Assembly: GCA_030390025.1 (NCBI GenBank)
Contig: CM059432.1
Span: 97,404,001 to 97,468,000 of the forward strand
Source of the DNA: Squalus acanthias
Lineage: Eukaryota
Direction of reading: 5' to 3'
DNA: 64,000 bases
Shown: piece after piece, positions 37,122-50,907 of the stretch
Numbering within the stretch: position 1 is the stretch's first letter
How the letters are laid out: every line of letters begins with the position of its first letter
Notes under the pieces: model-generated
The model's input: only the letters and a program-made list of their open reading frames with translations
Told to the model about the DNA's origin: nothing
Database searches by the model: none
Program-made: the position numbers and the translations under genes

Positions 37122-38250
37122 TTGGGGGCTGCACTGATTGGGGGCGTCGTCCTACACCTGCAGAATCAGAGGCAACAGAGACTCAGAGAGAGAGTGGCAA
37201 TCATGGCCAGATGGAGGAGGGCCAACAGGCCTCTGCATAGGAGACCTTACCCTCCCAGGGTATTCCGGGAACAATTCTCCTACATTAATTTGTCTGAGGA
37301 GCAGTGTTTGCACAGGCTGCACTTCAGCAAGGAGGTGGTCACTGAGCTCTGCCACCTGCTACAGCGAGATCTGCCGCCTCAACTGAGGACCAGGACGTCT
37401 CTGTCAGTGGCTCTGAATTTTTATGCCACCAGCTCCTTTCAAGCAGCTACTGGGAACATCGCCAATATCTCCCAGTTCGCAGTCCATTGCTGCATCCAGC
37501 AGGTCACAAATGCCCTCTATAAAAGGAGACGCCAGTACATTTCTTTCCCGATGACCTGGGCCAAACAGCATGAACGCGCATTGGGCTTTGCGAGGATAGC
37601 GGGCTTCCCCATGGTGCAGGGCGCCATTGACTGCACGCATGTGGCATTGCGGGCACCACATGAGAATGCAGCGGTTTCTGAAACCGCAAGGGGTTCCACT
37701 CCTGAAACGTCCAGTTGGTCTGTGATCACAGACAGCTGATACTCGCTCTCAATGCCCGCTATCCTGGCAGCAGCCACGATGCTTTCATCCTGAGCCAGAC
37801 TGGTATGCCAGAACTTTTCCAGGCACCGCATCAGCCAAGTGGTTGGCTCCTCGGGGACAAGGGTTAGCCACTCTGCACCTGGCTGATGACACCGCTCCGT
37901 AACCCCAACACCCCTGCTGAGCTGCGGTATAATGAGAGCCAACTCGCCACCAGGAACATCATTGAGCAGACGATCAGCGTGCTCAAGCAACGGTTCCGCT
38001 GTCTGGACCACTCAGGAGGAGCCCTGCAGTACTCGCCTGAGTGACTCTCCCTCTTCATAGTTGTGTGCTGCATGCTTCACAACCTGGCAATCCTCAGGAC
38101 CCAGCCAATGTCACCAGGCCTTGGAGCACCACCTAAGAGAAGGAGGAAGAGGAGGAGGATGATCAGCAGTCGCACCAAGGTGGGAGGAAGGCCCACCCTG
38201 TTGAAACTGCAAGGGCCGTCCGTCAACGACTGATAACAAGCCGCTTCTAG
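37122..38250 (+). pseudogene. HARBI1-like DDE transposase, disrupted
   Basis: GAIDCTHV, YPGSSHDAFI, WLLGDKG, RNIIEQTI, CCMLHNL. Lost ATG, frameshift and stops. Confidence 0.9.
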
Positions 38251-38561
38251 GCCCCTACAGAGGAAATGGCTTTTGGCATGGAGAACAACATGATGGAAAG
38301 CAACCTGCAACCCCAAAGCCGGCCAAGGCAGCAATGATTCCAAAGGCCAAACCTGTACATTTTGAATACAAAAACTTTTTTATTTTACAAACTGTGTGTG
38401 TGTCATTTCTTCATGACAAACTAATAGAAACAAACACAAAAAATCATTAATTAACATAACTGGTTCTCACAACCTGGAGATAATGTCCAAAACACTAAAC
38501 AAAAGATTGAACACGAACCTCGGCCTTTAATAAAAAAATTCCCAACATTTCGTCACACCTC

Positions 38562-40325
38562 CTACTTTTTGCCCTTCGAGGGTGATCTCCTTCCCTTGCG
38601 CACTTCCCCCCTTCCCACCCTACTGCTTCTCTGTAATGGGGCCCCAGTAGCTGCAGCAAGGCTGGTGGAAGGCTGCTGACTGTCAGAACCTGAGACTACA
38701 GATGCCCTTGAAGGACGGCCTCGACCAAATCTGGGCCTGAAGAGCCCGGCAGCAGACTGCACCAACTCTGCATGGGTGGCAGCAGTCTGGGCTACAGGCG
38801 GTGGCAAGTGCAATGGGGAAGTGACAGTGGTGGCAGCAGGAATGCTGTCATCTTGAGAGAGGACAGCACCTCCCTGCTCGACCGACACACTGGCACTCCC
38901 ACGGGGCAGCACCTCAGCATCCGGAGCAATCTGCTGGAGCACAGATTGCTGGTCTGCTGTGGCACTGTGAGAGCCCCGGGGAAATGTGGCCGAACCAGCG
39001 AGGATGGCAGCAGTCAGTGCTTGCGTGGCCTTAATCTGAGTCTCCATGAGACCAGTCTGAGATTGGATCGTGGCAGCCAGTGACTGAATTGCAACACTAA
39101 GCATTTGCGTGGCATCCGCCTGTGCTACAGCGTAGTGCTCCACACTCCTTGCCAGTGCATCAATGCATTCATGCACCCTTCCTACTGCACCCATGAGCTC
39201 AGTGTGCATGTCCACCACCTGGGTGTTCATTTCAGCGATGAGCTGCTCCTCCTCTGCGTCCAGTGCAACAGGACTTGCTGACCTACTCTCCCTCCGGGGA
39301 GAAATCCCCGAGTTTACCTAGCCACATTGCGTTGCTGCAGCCTGCTGGGTCCCAGAGCTTCACCCTCATCAGACCCTTCCTCCCTGCTCCCCTCCAGGGA
39401 AGGCGTGGTCCCAGTGTGGGCATGGGCTTCCTCGGGAGAGGGTGGCGCTGATGCTCCAGCTTCCTCTTCCTCCTCGCCTGCGGCTTCGCTCCCACTGGCA
39501 GCTTGAGGGCCTGTCTCCTCAGCTGGTGAATCACCATCTGAAAGCAGGGAGGTACAAGAGTGGTTATAGCGTCAGGACAGGGGGGCAGTAAGGGAGGAAG
39601 GAGTGGAGCGATTTAGTAAGATGGATTGAAAGTGTCAAGGCTGGTGTTGTGAGGGACAAGTGGGATGAGAGAGGAGAGAAAGCTGATGACCTTACCATTG
39701 CTGTCTCGAACGGGGTCGACCTCTCCAGGGGCGACGGGACCGAACACCTGGCTTGCCACAATCCTGTGGATGCGTGCCTCAAGATCGCTGAGGGGTTGCA
39801 GCTGAGGCCGCCCTCCACCCGTCTGTTGCTGCTGTTTCCTGTTATGAGATAGCTTGGCCTGCAAGAAAAAGGATGGAGTCTGAGTAAATATCGAGCCATG
39901 GTCTTGGCTGATGTGCCTCCCATAATTGAATAGCCCTTAATGTATGCAAGGTGTGGAATGTGCGTGTGTGTTTCATGAGAGGGCCATAGGTGTTGGATGA
40001 GTGTTGGGCATTGGGGTTTTAAGACCCTCTGGCCATAGAGTGAGGTTGAAATGGAGGGATGGAGAGATATTGAAAAAAAGCCACTCACCCTGACGACCCG
40101 AGTGAGGTCGTTGAACTTTTTGCGACGTTGAGTATGGGTCCTGGGCACCATGCTCCTGGAGGAGACGCTCTGAGCCACCTCCCTCCACACTCTTCTGTAG
40201 TCGCTCGACAAAGGCCTCCTGCCACTCTCAGGGTAGAGTATAGATCTTCTGCGCTCCACCGTGCCAACTACAGCCTCCAAGGCCCGCTCGCTGAAGCACT
40301 GAGCTCGTTCTCTCACCCTCTCCAT
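38562..40325 (-). pseudogene. Harbinger Myb/SANT-like gene, exons 40325-40089, 39858-39696, 39537-38562, with one frameshift near 39315
   Basis: FSERALEAVV..WREVAQSVS..KKFNDL|AKLSHNRKQQQQTGGG. Canonical splice sites. Confidence 0.85.
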
Positions 40326-40840
40326 AGTCCTTGGCTGGAAAATGTAGTCACAGGTCTCTCCAGGCCGAGATTCAAGGCTCCAATGAGCAGGGTGTGGCTG
40401 GAGAGCAAGATCGACCCTCCCCTTTAAGAACTGTCCGGCGCCAGTGTGTCTGTGTTCCATCGCTAACTGACATCACCAGCGCAGCGCCCGCGCTTTGAGT
40501 TAGCGCTTCGCTCCTCGGCCTTTGCGCCTTAAGACAGGTGTGCAGTGCCTGATTTAGCGCTCCAATCACATCCAGGGGCAATAAAAGCCAAGTTTGCAGT
40601 CGTAGGCGATAATTAGCACCAGGCGCTAAACTTAGTGCCCGGCTGATAATTGCGCCCCAAACAGGGCGATACCAAATTTCTCCCCCTTTAAGTTTTATGT
40701 ATTTGTTGGCCTATCATTCTATGATGACTTCAGTAATTTACTATTACTTGGATTTGCTTATTTAGACACAACTCTGCCTGAGCTGCAAAATAATACATGG
40801 TGTGTTACATGGCCTCATGCTTCTGTCTTTAGAAAACAGT

Positions 40841-41021
40841 GGGGTAGATTTCTGTCTTTGCCATATCATCTTGGCAGATAAGAAATTCTGGTGGGGAGGA
40901 TCACACACCAGTAACAAAACCTGTCACAGTTTCCTTCCATTGAAATGAATGGTCAGAATTTCTTTTGTGTTCCGTTCAGGCAATACTCACCACCCAGGAG
41001 ATAAAGACAGAATTCTACCTC
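40841..41021. mobile_element. Short MITE
   Basis: ggggtagatttctgtcttt / aaagacagaattctacctc ends. AGT TSD. Confidence 0.75.
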
Positions 41022-41554
41022 AGTGTATCCTCTGACTCACCATGAGCAATTCCACAAGAGATCCACTAACAATGAAAAGTTGCTCAAGCAGAACTCAGCT
41101 ACTTACTACAGAAATATATTGATGAATGCTGGTCTAGCTTGGCACCTCAAGTGAAATAACCAAAAATAAATTCATTAGCTTTGACTTAGAATGGAGAACA
41201 GCCATCATATTGCAATGTCTGACTCTAAATTACATCAAAATCAAGAGGGGGATAAAGACATTTTATAAAGAGGTGAAAAAACGACTTACTTCAACCTGTT
41301 CTGAAGTTTCACAGGTAAATAATCTTGTGTTTTCTTTACATAGTTTATTCAATCTTCTAATGGCAAAACAAAAACAGCAGGAATATCACAACAAACAGTA
41401 TGGTCAGCTAGTATTATTTTGTTTCATATGAGAAACTGCAACAATAATCATGTTGTTGCACTGAGAAAACACACTTGATTCTATACCCTTTCACAGTTGT
41501 AGGGTGGACAATCTAGCCCACAGTGTCAGTTGTTTCTAACATACAATACTTAAT

Positions 41555-42155
41555 GGGCCGAAAATTGCTACAGGCTGCGCGCACGCTGTGCACTTCATGC
41601 TTTGGACGCGCAGGTAAGTAGGGAAGATTTTGGAAATGTAAAAAGGAGGAGTAAGACCCACTTTTAAGAAGGTAAGTAGTGAATTAAGTATTTTTTTGAA
41701 TTTTTTTTTACAGGTATATCTTTTTTAGAGACTTTAAAGACAGGTAAGTTTATTTTTATAACTTTTTAAAAGATTTTAAATTTTTTCAAAAATTTAATTT
41801 TTTATTTAAAATGGTTAATTTAATTAACTATACTTATTTTATTAATGTGATGGTTTTTTTTTTAAATTTAATTGAGGTTTAGCTGTTATTTTGGGGGGGT
41901 GTAAGATTCATAGATTTCACAGCCGTGCTGTGAAACTTATGAATGGAAGATGGTGTGCTGCCATTGGCTCTAACTGAGTCACGTGATCCCACAGCTCGCA
42001 CGAATTCACTACGCCGGTGGGATACGCAAGCACTGCACAGCTGATGTCTGGAACATCAAGTTCGTGCGAGCTGGATCTGAAAAAGCACAAGCGAGGTGAG
42101 AGATCGCGGGGAAGCCTTACCCCCGCGGGAACAGAGCGAGATCAATTTCTGGGCC
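41555..42155. mobile_element. Harbinger-type MITE, family 2-like
   Basis: gggccgaaaattg / caatttctgggcc ends. AT-rich core. Confidence 0.8.
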
Positions 42156-42173
42156 ATTAATGTCAAATGTTAT

Positions 42174-42327
42174 GGGAGGGAGATTCAACTTCGGCGGGGA
42201 CACAAATCGGGTGGTAGTGGATTGACTGCCCATTATACATCCAACCTGATTTTCCTTTCCATTGAAGTGAATAGGAAAGTAAATCAGACAGGTGTAGAAC
42301 AGCTGCCAAAATTGAATTTCACCCCCC
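42174..42327. mobile_element. Short MITE
   Basis: gggagggagattcaacttcggc / gccaaaattgaatttcacccccc ends. TAT TSD. Confidence 0.75.
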
Positions 42328-43097
42328 TATATCTTTCTTGCTTTTACAGATACCACTTTGGGCTGAGTGCCAAGGTCTAGGAAGACCCATCATTTGGTGA
42401 ATCCTTATATTGGGATGGCACTGTAAAACCACATCAACCTCAGGACCAAAAGAGCGTGGGTTCAGCTGTGCAGATATAAAAGACATTTTATGCGGTTATA
42501 ATATGCAGAGAGCATGACCTTCCAAATTGAAAGCAGTAAAACTATTGCACAAGAAGCAAAACAATTTAAATAATTTACAGGGAGCACCTCAAACAATGGA
42601 CGATGCAGAAGAATATTATTGAAGGATATACAAGCTTTATCACATTATACTTGACATGCATTTATGAGTGGACTTCATGAGTTTTACAATATTATGTATT
42701 TATAGCTGCAAAGGACATTAAATTATTGTATGGCTTACCATATTCCTCAGAAGCCTCAGATGAAGAACTGATGATGTTGTCATGCTTGGGTCTGGAGAGA
42801 TGAGCTATGATTTTTTCATGCTTTATCAGAGGGTTTCTGGTTGGCCTTTGGTATCCGGCTGGCATTCATTTCAATTTTCAGCTGTGTTCCAATTTGTATT
42901 TTGCTGATCTTTTCAGATTGTGAATGCATTTTTGACAGTCTGATAGATTCCAGTGTATTTTTGAATATTGTTTAACTTTTAAACAATGCTAGCCTATGCT
43001 TTAGCTCATCCCCATGGTTTGGATCAAGGCTGCTTGTTTTCTGTCGATTTGAAAAGTTTGGTTTTGCTATAATGTGGCTTTGCTTTGTTGTAACATT

Positions 43098-43751
43098 GGG
43101 CCAGAAATTCGGCTCTTGTCGGGTGAGTATGCGCTGTGTACTCAGCCGTAAGGCCACCTGAAGTGCCGGTTTCCCGCATGCACTGCGCTTCTCCGTGAAG
43201 GTAAGTATGGAGAAGCTACACTTTTAAAAAGGAGGCGCAAGGCCTGTTTTTAACAAGGTAAGTGGTTAATTAATGACAATTTAAACATGTTTTCAACAGG
43301 TTTATCATTATTACATACTTTAAAGAAAGGTACGTTTATTTTTAGCACCGTTAAAAAGTATAATTAATTTTTTCAAAAATTTACATTTTTGTTTAAAGTA
43401 GTTAATTTATGTAACTTATAGTTATTTTAAAAATGTGATTAAAAAAAAAAAAATATTTGAAGTTTAAGTGTGGTTTTGGGGCCGATCTCTATTCATAGAT
43501 TTGACAGGTCTTCCTGTCAAATCTAGGAATGAAAATGCCCTGCTACGATTGGCTCTCCATGGCCCACATGATCCCAGGGGACGCTTCGAACTAACTGCTC
43601 CCCTGGGATACACAAGCACTGCGCGCCGGCAGCTGGAGGAGGCCCAGGACCCGAAGTCCTCATGGGCCCAAAGCACAACTACAGGCGCGGTAAGTAAGTA
43701 CGCGCGCGATGCTTGCACCCGCAGGAAGCCGGAGAGCCGAATTCCTGGCCC
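43098..43751. mobile_element. Harbinger-type MITE, family 2
   Basis: gggccagaaattcggctc / gagccgaattcctggccc ends. ATT TSD. Confidence 0.92.
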
Positions 43752-44842
43752 ATTATTTGCACAGATCAAGTGGCTCATTTACATGCATAAAGGTGAACTA
43801 TTTACCTGACCTTTTTTTTCAGTGTAAATGTAATGAAGTTGGTACTAAAAAACTATCCAAAAAGCCAATGTATGCAACAATCCAAAATCTCTGCCCCCGG
43901 CTCTTCCCTCCTCTGAGCTATAAGAACTCCATCCCAAAATTGTTCAATTTTCATATACATCAAGAAATGTCTGGGACACCTACTTGACCGTTCAATTTAC
44001 CAATCTAAAACATCAAAACATTTTCCGTTGACATCATTAGCCTTGTAATTATGCTGTGTAAACAATAGCAGAAGAGTGCTTAACATTTTAGTATGAAATT
44101 CTTTTGTCCATTATTTTAATGGTGTCATTAACCCATTTAACATAAAGCATAATTACAATGCTATTTCCCCTTCCTGAAGTCAATTTGGGTACTTGATAAA
44201 TTTCATTGACTTCTAACACACTAGCTATACTACATGGAATCAAAACCAGCAGACCGCAAAGCATTTTTGTCAGGGACATGCATTGAGCAGAGTATTTACA
44301 ACATAAATGAGAAATCTGAAGGAATAACAAATATTTAACAGTCCTCTGTTTGAGGTACGTGATTATTAGGATCACAATCTCAAGCATTTGGTTCTTGGAT
44401 GATGCCACACGCAACTGTTGCCATCTGCAGAATTGGTATTTAGTAATCCACCTAAGAAAGAGATCTATTCCAATAATTGAATATAATTCTTGTAGCCAGT
44501 GAAGTTGTATAATAATGTAACAGTCCTTACATATACACAGAATGGGGCACAGATTGCAGTAAACAAACCTCACTCATGTTTCCTGGCTGAAGCAGGCAGG
44601 AAAAAGAGATTAAGTATGAAACTGCATCTAGAATTTAAGCTGGAGTATCTCCCACATGTCTGTGTTGTAGGTTATTCTCTGAATGGAAGGTTCTCTATGG
44701 CTGCTTTTCCCAGAAAAGTCTATTGCCATGGCAACAGAGCGATTTTGGAGTAAATCGGCTCACCCTCTCAAACATCTCAGTGCTGAGAACACCAGGACTC
44801 CTTAGTTTCCTCCTTTGCCCTTAAAATATCTGTATACACATT

Positions 44843-47800
44843 GGCCCCTATTTTAACTGCCCCCACCAGGCATAAACAGGGCAGGGGGCAGGTAAAATAA
44901 TGAGAGTCACTTAGCCCGTCTGATCCCGCTTCCTTCCCGCCATTTTTCCATATTAACCTGCTCTTTTGAGCAGTTGAGCAAGACACCGGCAGGAAGGAAG
45001 CGGGGTCCTAATTTAAATTTGCAGATTGGGTCCGATGATGTCGGCACGGCAGGTCAAGGTGAGTGAAGGCTTCTGCAAATGCCATATCCCACCATCTGCA
45101 CCACAAGCCTCACACACTGCTCAATGCACCACAGCCCCTATCACTCACCTACCAACAATCTCTACCTATCACCACTCATACCTCACAATCATAGCTTCAC
45201 TTCACCCTCACAACCTTACCACTGCTACAACACTCACACCCACATCTCATATCTTGCACACACTGACAGCTATTCAGCTATGGCAGGCACATCACCCAAA
45301 CAAATTGCACCGCACTCACTCACGCACTTCCCTTTCTCTTGCGCACAATCACCAGGAGCAGTGGCAGGCAGGCAGGGGGCAAGCTGCAATACAGGCCTTG
45401 AGCTAACTGGAGGAGAGAGTGCTTGACATCGTTGGACGAGAAGTTGAAGCCCTTTGGGACAACAACAGAATGCTCATTCCTAATCCTTCTTCTCACATCC
45501 CACTTCCCAACATCCCACAATCTTTTCTCACTTGCAAGCTGCTGATGCTGTATGCAGGCATATCTTGCTTTCCACCCCTCCCCTCACCACAACCCAACTC
45601 TTGTGCCTTTCTAGCTTCAGATAACGAAGAACAAGCAGTGCCAGAGCCTCTCCACGAGACGATGGAGGAGAGCGAGGGAGAAGAAGAAGACATAGCGTCA
45701 CTGCATCTGACACTCGCAGATACCAGCTCAGAAGCTGGCACCACGTGTAATTTAGAGGGTATTGTAGATGCGATGAGGCACCCGGCATGAGTGGGCTGCA
45801 GCAAGGCCAGGGGATAGGGTAGCTCGGGGGCCAGCTCCCCGGAGGGCGAGTTAGTGCGCGAGTTCTGCTGCACATGACTCTGATGAGGACCTCGATGGGG
45901 CGGGCTTCAGAAGAAGGGTGATGGGCATGCACACCGAATTGCTAGGTGCAATGACAGGCCTGCCAGAGAGCCTCTTGGCAATATCAAGGAGCATGGAGGC
46001 GTATACCTCCAACATTGGCCAGGGCTTTGCGCAGAGCTTGGAGCCCATGATTTCCAGGCTGGAAATGATGGAAAACTCCAGGAAAGACTGTGTCGACCCA
46101 GACATGATGCTGCGTGTGATGGGCGATGTCGCGACTGCCATTGCAGCACAGGCGGAAGTGACCCAACGACTCACTGCTGCAGCGGAAGTGCAGACCTCTG
46201 TCCTGCAGTCTCAGCTTGCTGCCACCCAAGCTCAGACTGCTGCCATCATGGCTGGGTTTACCAGTGTCGAACGGGGCTTGCAGGGTGTCGCAGCAGGCCA
46301 GCAACCTCTCCTCCAACAGATTGCTAGGAATACTGAGGCATTGCCCAGGGAACTGGCAGTGGGTCTGTGGAGCAGGACCCTGCTGAACTTTCTCAGGATG
46401 ACAGCATTCCTGCTCCCACCACTGCCACTCTGCCATTGTCCTTGCCGCTGCCTATCAGCCAGCCAGCCCAGACTGCTGCCGCCCATGCCAAGGTGGGGCA
46501 ATCTACAGCCGGGCCTTCTAGGTCCAGAGCTGCTCGAGGTCATTCTACAAGGCCATCTGAATTCTCCCCCATGGAAACTCAGCAGCCTTCCACCAGTCAT
46601 GCTGCAACCTCTGTGGGAGCACTTCGTACGAGCACTAGAGCAGAAAAGGGCACTCGAACGACAGGCACTGAGGGATTGCATAAGGATGATTAGTTGATAT
46701 AGTATTTGTGAATTGATTATTGATAAATTTATTTATTTTGTTTGGAATGTTTGTTTTTTGGTGGCTCTCATTTCAGCCTTGTGCCCAGGAGGACGCTCTG
46801 ATATTCTGTGACAGAGGGATGGGATGATCGGGATGTGGTTGATGAGGATGCAGTGAGCAACAGGGATCTGGGGTTTCCTTCACTGGAATCAGAGTCTGAT
46901 GAGGCGTTCACGGATAGCCCGTACCAAAGGGGGATTTGCTGCCTGCCTCCTCCCTTCCTCATTGTCCTCCACCTCTTCCTCCTCGTCGTCCTCCTCTTCC
47001 TCTTCCTCCTCCTCTTCCTCTCCTCCTCCTCTCCCTTGCCCTCCCACTATCCGTGCTGGCAAGTGCTGCGCCTCATGATGGCCAAGTTGTAAAGCATGCA
47101 GCAAACCACCATGAAATGGGCCACCCGCTCTGCCGAGTACTGGAGAGCTCCTCCCGAGCGGTCAAGGATCGGAAGCGTTACTTCAGCAGCTCGATGGTCT
47201 GCTCAATGATGTTCCTGGTGGCAGCATGGCTCTCATTGTATGAGTGCTGGGCACGAGTGGTGGGGTTGCGGAGGGGAGTCATGAGCCAGATGGAGAGCGG
47301 ATAGCTCTTGTCTCCGAGCAGCCACCCTCGGGTTTGACGTGGTGGCTGGAAGATTGCTGGCACACCGGACTGACGCAGGATGAAGGCATCATGACTGCTG
47401 CCAGGATAGCGGGCATTGACCATCAGGATGCACTGGGCGTGGTCGCACAACAACTGCACATTAAATGAGTGGTAGCCTTTGCAGTTAAGGAAGATCTCAG
47501 GATTGTTATGCGGCCTCTCCAAAGCCATGTTGGTGCAGCTGATGGCACCCTGCACCATGGGGAATCCCGTTATGCAGACAAAGCCACATGCCTGATCCTC
47601 CTGCTTCTCTCTGGTCACAGAGAAGAAAACGTAATCCCTTCTCCTGGTGTAGAGGGCTTCTGTGACCTCCCGGATGCAGCGATGGACAGGGAACACGAAG
47701 ATGTTAGCTATGTCTCCTGCTGCAGACTGGAAGGATCCATTGGCGAAGAAATTGAGGGCCACGGTGACCTTGACTGCCACTGGGAGAGCCTTGGTCACCC

Positions 47801-48507
47801 TGCTTTGAGGCTGCAGGTCTGATTGCAGGAGGTGGCAGAGTTCTGTGACCGCTCCTTGCTTAAGTGGATATAAGAGAAGCGCTGTCGGAGGACCCTAGAT
47901 GGGTACGGTCTCATGCTGAGAGGCCTCCTGGCCCTCCTCCTCCTCCCTCTGTGCGCATCTTCTCGTCTTCCTCACTGCCTCTGTTCCCTCTACCAAAGAT
48001 ACTCGAGCGCGAGAGGGACTGCAAGTAGAGCCCCATGACTGTGAGCCAGTCTTGTGAGCAGAAGCCTATACATAAGAATGAAGACATTCTCCACTTGAAA
48101 CAACACTCCCTGTTACGTTACAACCTTGCAAGAAGTTAATAAAGCTGCTGGAGTTGCAGAAAGTTGCACAGAGCCAGTCAAACTGAAGAAACATGTCAGC
48201 TGCAAGTTGTTGCTGATGATCCCTAGCTATGCTTGCTCAGCTGATTACAATTAAGATAGGCCGGTAATTGGAGTGGTGCACTCTAAAATGGCAGATCGGG
48301 CGTCAAATGAGCGTTGCACACTCACTAACGTCATGATCTGCATAATCTCCATAAGGATAACGAGCACACATATCGGCAGCGCTGCTGCCCAGCCGAAAAT
48401 GGCAGCTGCCGCGGGACCCACCGGCAGTGGGTGGAAGTGCAGCAGCTGCCATTTTTTTCCCGTATCTGGCCTTAACGGCTGTCGCTAAACCCCCGAATTT
48501 CTAGGCC
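44843..48507. mobile_element. Harbinger transposon C (Myb gene on + lacking most of exon 1, nuclease on -), decayed
   Basis: Myb remnant at ~45049-46692 homologous to element A. Right end gaatttctaggcc. Left end and TSD match poorly. Confidence 0.85.
46880..48036 (-). pseudogene. HARBI1-like transposase, disrupted
   Basis: VAVKVTVALNFFANGSFQ, KGYHSFNVQLLCD, YPGSSHDAFILR, poly-Glu tail. Confidence 0.9.
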
Positions 48508-49419
48508 TGTGATTCTATTTTCTTCAAGCTCAAATTATGATTATTCCCCTTTTATATTTCTCATCCTTCAAAGTGAGTCTCTACATCATTTACTAAAGCA
48601 TAGCACCTGAATAAATGGAGGCATGGAGCAGACTGACACAAGTTAATTTTTGTTTCTTTTTTAAGCATTGGCTCCATTCATTTCTATTCAATAATAACGC
48701 ACACTTAGGATGTCGTCAGCTTCAAAGAATTTAAATCTGACAAAACTTAATAAACAAAAAGGTCATTCCTGTTTATGAATAACTTATTCATAAAGTAAGT
48801 CAAATCAATTTGATTACAGCACGGAAATTGCCATTTAAATACATAGAAAATGGATGCACAATGTCACTCTTTTGATGCTACTGACATTTCTGTTACCAAA
48901 ATATGTCTTATTTTATCTATTTCAAGTATGTTCTATTCTCCTGAAATAAAATCACTCAGACGTATGCTGGGCTTTCACTAAGTATTATAATGCCCAAAAT
49001 CAGAACAATTTTCAGAACATGAATCTTCAGGAGAATTTCCAATGAACCAGGAAGTTAGTTCATTTCAACAATGCTTCCGAGGTTATTTTTTGATTATCAG
49101 TAAGATTTACTTCCACACATGTATGGATTTTAGCATTCTTCTATGCACAAAGGTTAGCAAGTATCAACTAAGAGCAGTTAACTTGTTATTAGAATCAGCC
49201 TTTCATTTTAGCTAGTGGGCCTCCAAATCCGAAGAAAAGCTTCTTAAACACATATATAGTGCATGATATATATATCTTGTCAGTTTATGTAGACAGCATT
49301 TCAAAAGGCATCCACTCAGATCTATGTAGTATGTAATTCAATCATACTAATCAAACAAATCTCTAATTAATAGTGAATATATCAGAATGCACCATATAAT
49401 GATCCCAAACAAAACTTCC

Positions 49420-49802
49420 CTTCAGTATAGCAGATTAAGGGGTGATCTAATTGAGGTGTTTAAGGTGATTAAAGGATTTAATAGGGTAGATAGATGGTGG
49501 ACTCCAGAACAAGAGGGCATAGCCTTAAAATTAGAGCTAGGCCATTCAGGGTTGATGTCAGAAAGCACTTCTTCCAACAAAGGGTAGTAGAAGTCTAGAA
49601 CTCTACTCCCATCTCAAAAGAAGCTGTTGATGCTCGGTCAATTGAAAACTTCAAAACTGAGATTGATAGACTTTTGTTAGGCAAGAGTTTTAAGGGTTTT
49701 GGAACCAAGGCAGGAGTTAAAATACAGATCAGCCAATTATCTAATTGAATGGCAGAACAGACTCGAAGGGCTGAATAACCTACTCCTGTTCCTATGTTCC
49801 TA
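49420..49802 (+). mobile_element. CR1 3' fragment
   Basis: RLRGDLIEVFKVIKGF, with a cctactcctgttcctatgttccta tail. Confidence 0.85.
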
Positions 49803-49809
49803 AAACAAT

Positions 49810-49957
49810 GACCCGGAATTTGCGGTCGGGATGATGGCAAACTGGCAGCATTCGCTGACATTCCGCCTTTGAAACTGACCGCGACTTCGGGATTTGGCGC
49901 ATGCGCAGGCGCATGTAGAAATACCTTCGCTTTGCTGCTGACTGTAAATTCTGGGCC
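49810..49957. mobile_element. 148-bp MITE
   Basis: gacccggaatttgcggtc / gactgtaaattctgggcc ends. AAT TSD. Confidence 0.75.
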
Positions 49958-50907
49958 AATAAGTTGTTATATCTTCCTCCTCTCTCATTTTTTGATTCAT
50001 TCTCTTTGATTTTTACTTTACCATGCATCCACAGAAGCCAGGAAAACATTGTGATCATGTCAGTAAGAGACAAAAAAAGCAGCAGTAAGGAGCACTGAGC
50101 TCCCAAGTTGCAAATTCATCTGACACAGGAACTAACCTGATGCAAGGTCCAGTTTCAGGATCAAAGCTCAAGGCCCCAAAGAGCGAAGAGGGCTGTGTAG
50201 TGGAAAATGGTTCGAATCTTTGGAGGATGTGTCGGATAAGTTTATGGATCTGCTTTGTGATTTTTTTCCCCCCAGAAATGTTGAACTTTTCCTGTGTTCA
50301 TTACACAATTTTTTTTATGGATATACTCAGGGGTGGCCACCTAAAGGACATTTCATTGTAAAGGTAAATACCCCTCTTTTTCCAATTTATTTCCACCTAC
50401 CTCTTTTTCCCTAGAATCCCCAGTCCATCCACCAACTCTGAGAAGTTGTGTCACCTGGTCCTAAGCCTCTGTTGATATTTCTCTGAAAGGATTACCAAAA
50501 AGTCCATGAGCAGCACTTGTTTGTGACTCTCTATGTAACTTTTCTTACATTTCTGAGGAAATGCTTTACTTGTAGTTGTACTTATGGCAGCATAGCTAAG
50601 ATTGAGAACTCTGCAGTGGAATGAATTCTCAGCATGATTCAGCAGTCCTAGCCATTAGTGCTCCTATGTGCTGCTGTACTCCATGACCTTTTATTAGGCT
50701 TTGCGACTCAAATGAAAACCTATTTCCGATGTGAATTCTCAGCCTATGAGTTAATCTTTTAATCTAGTTCATGATCTGCCGAAGCCAATGTGGTTTAACA
50801 TCTTATACAGGTCTGTGTTTGCATCCAATAATATTCTGGTAGCTTCACAAGGGCATTACCACAGACTTCAGACATGTCAGATCCAATTAGACAAGAACTG
50901 AGTGAAA

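Larger units (their letters stand above)
36599..40685. mobile_element. Harbinger transposon B, full length (~4.1 kb), inactivated
   Basis: gggagaaaaattcgg / ccaaatttctcccc ends. Nuclease (+) and Myb (-) genes converge. Confidence 0.92.

Noticed and set aside
37122..38250. Domesticated host HARBI1/NAIF1 genes
   Set aside because: Multiple disrupted copies bounded by TIRs, so these are transposon copies.
44088..44573. 161-aa minus-strand ORF
   Set aside because: No recognisable motif and hydrophobic AT-rich composition, so likely a chance ORF.
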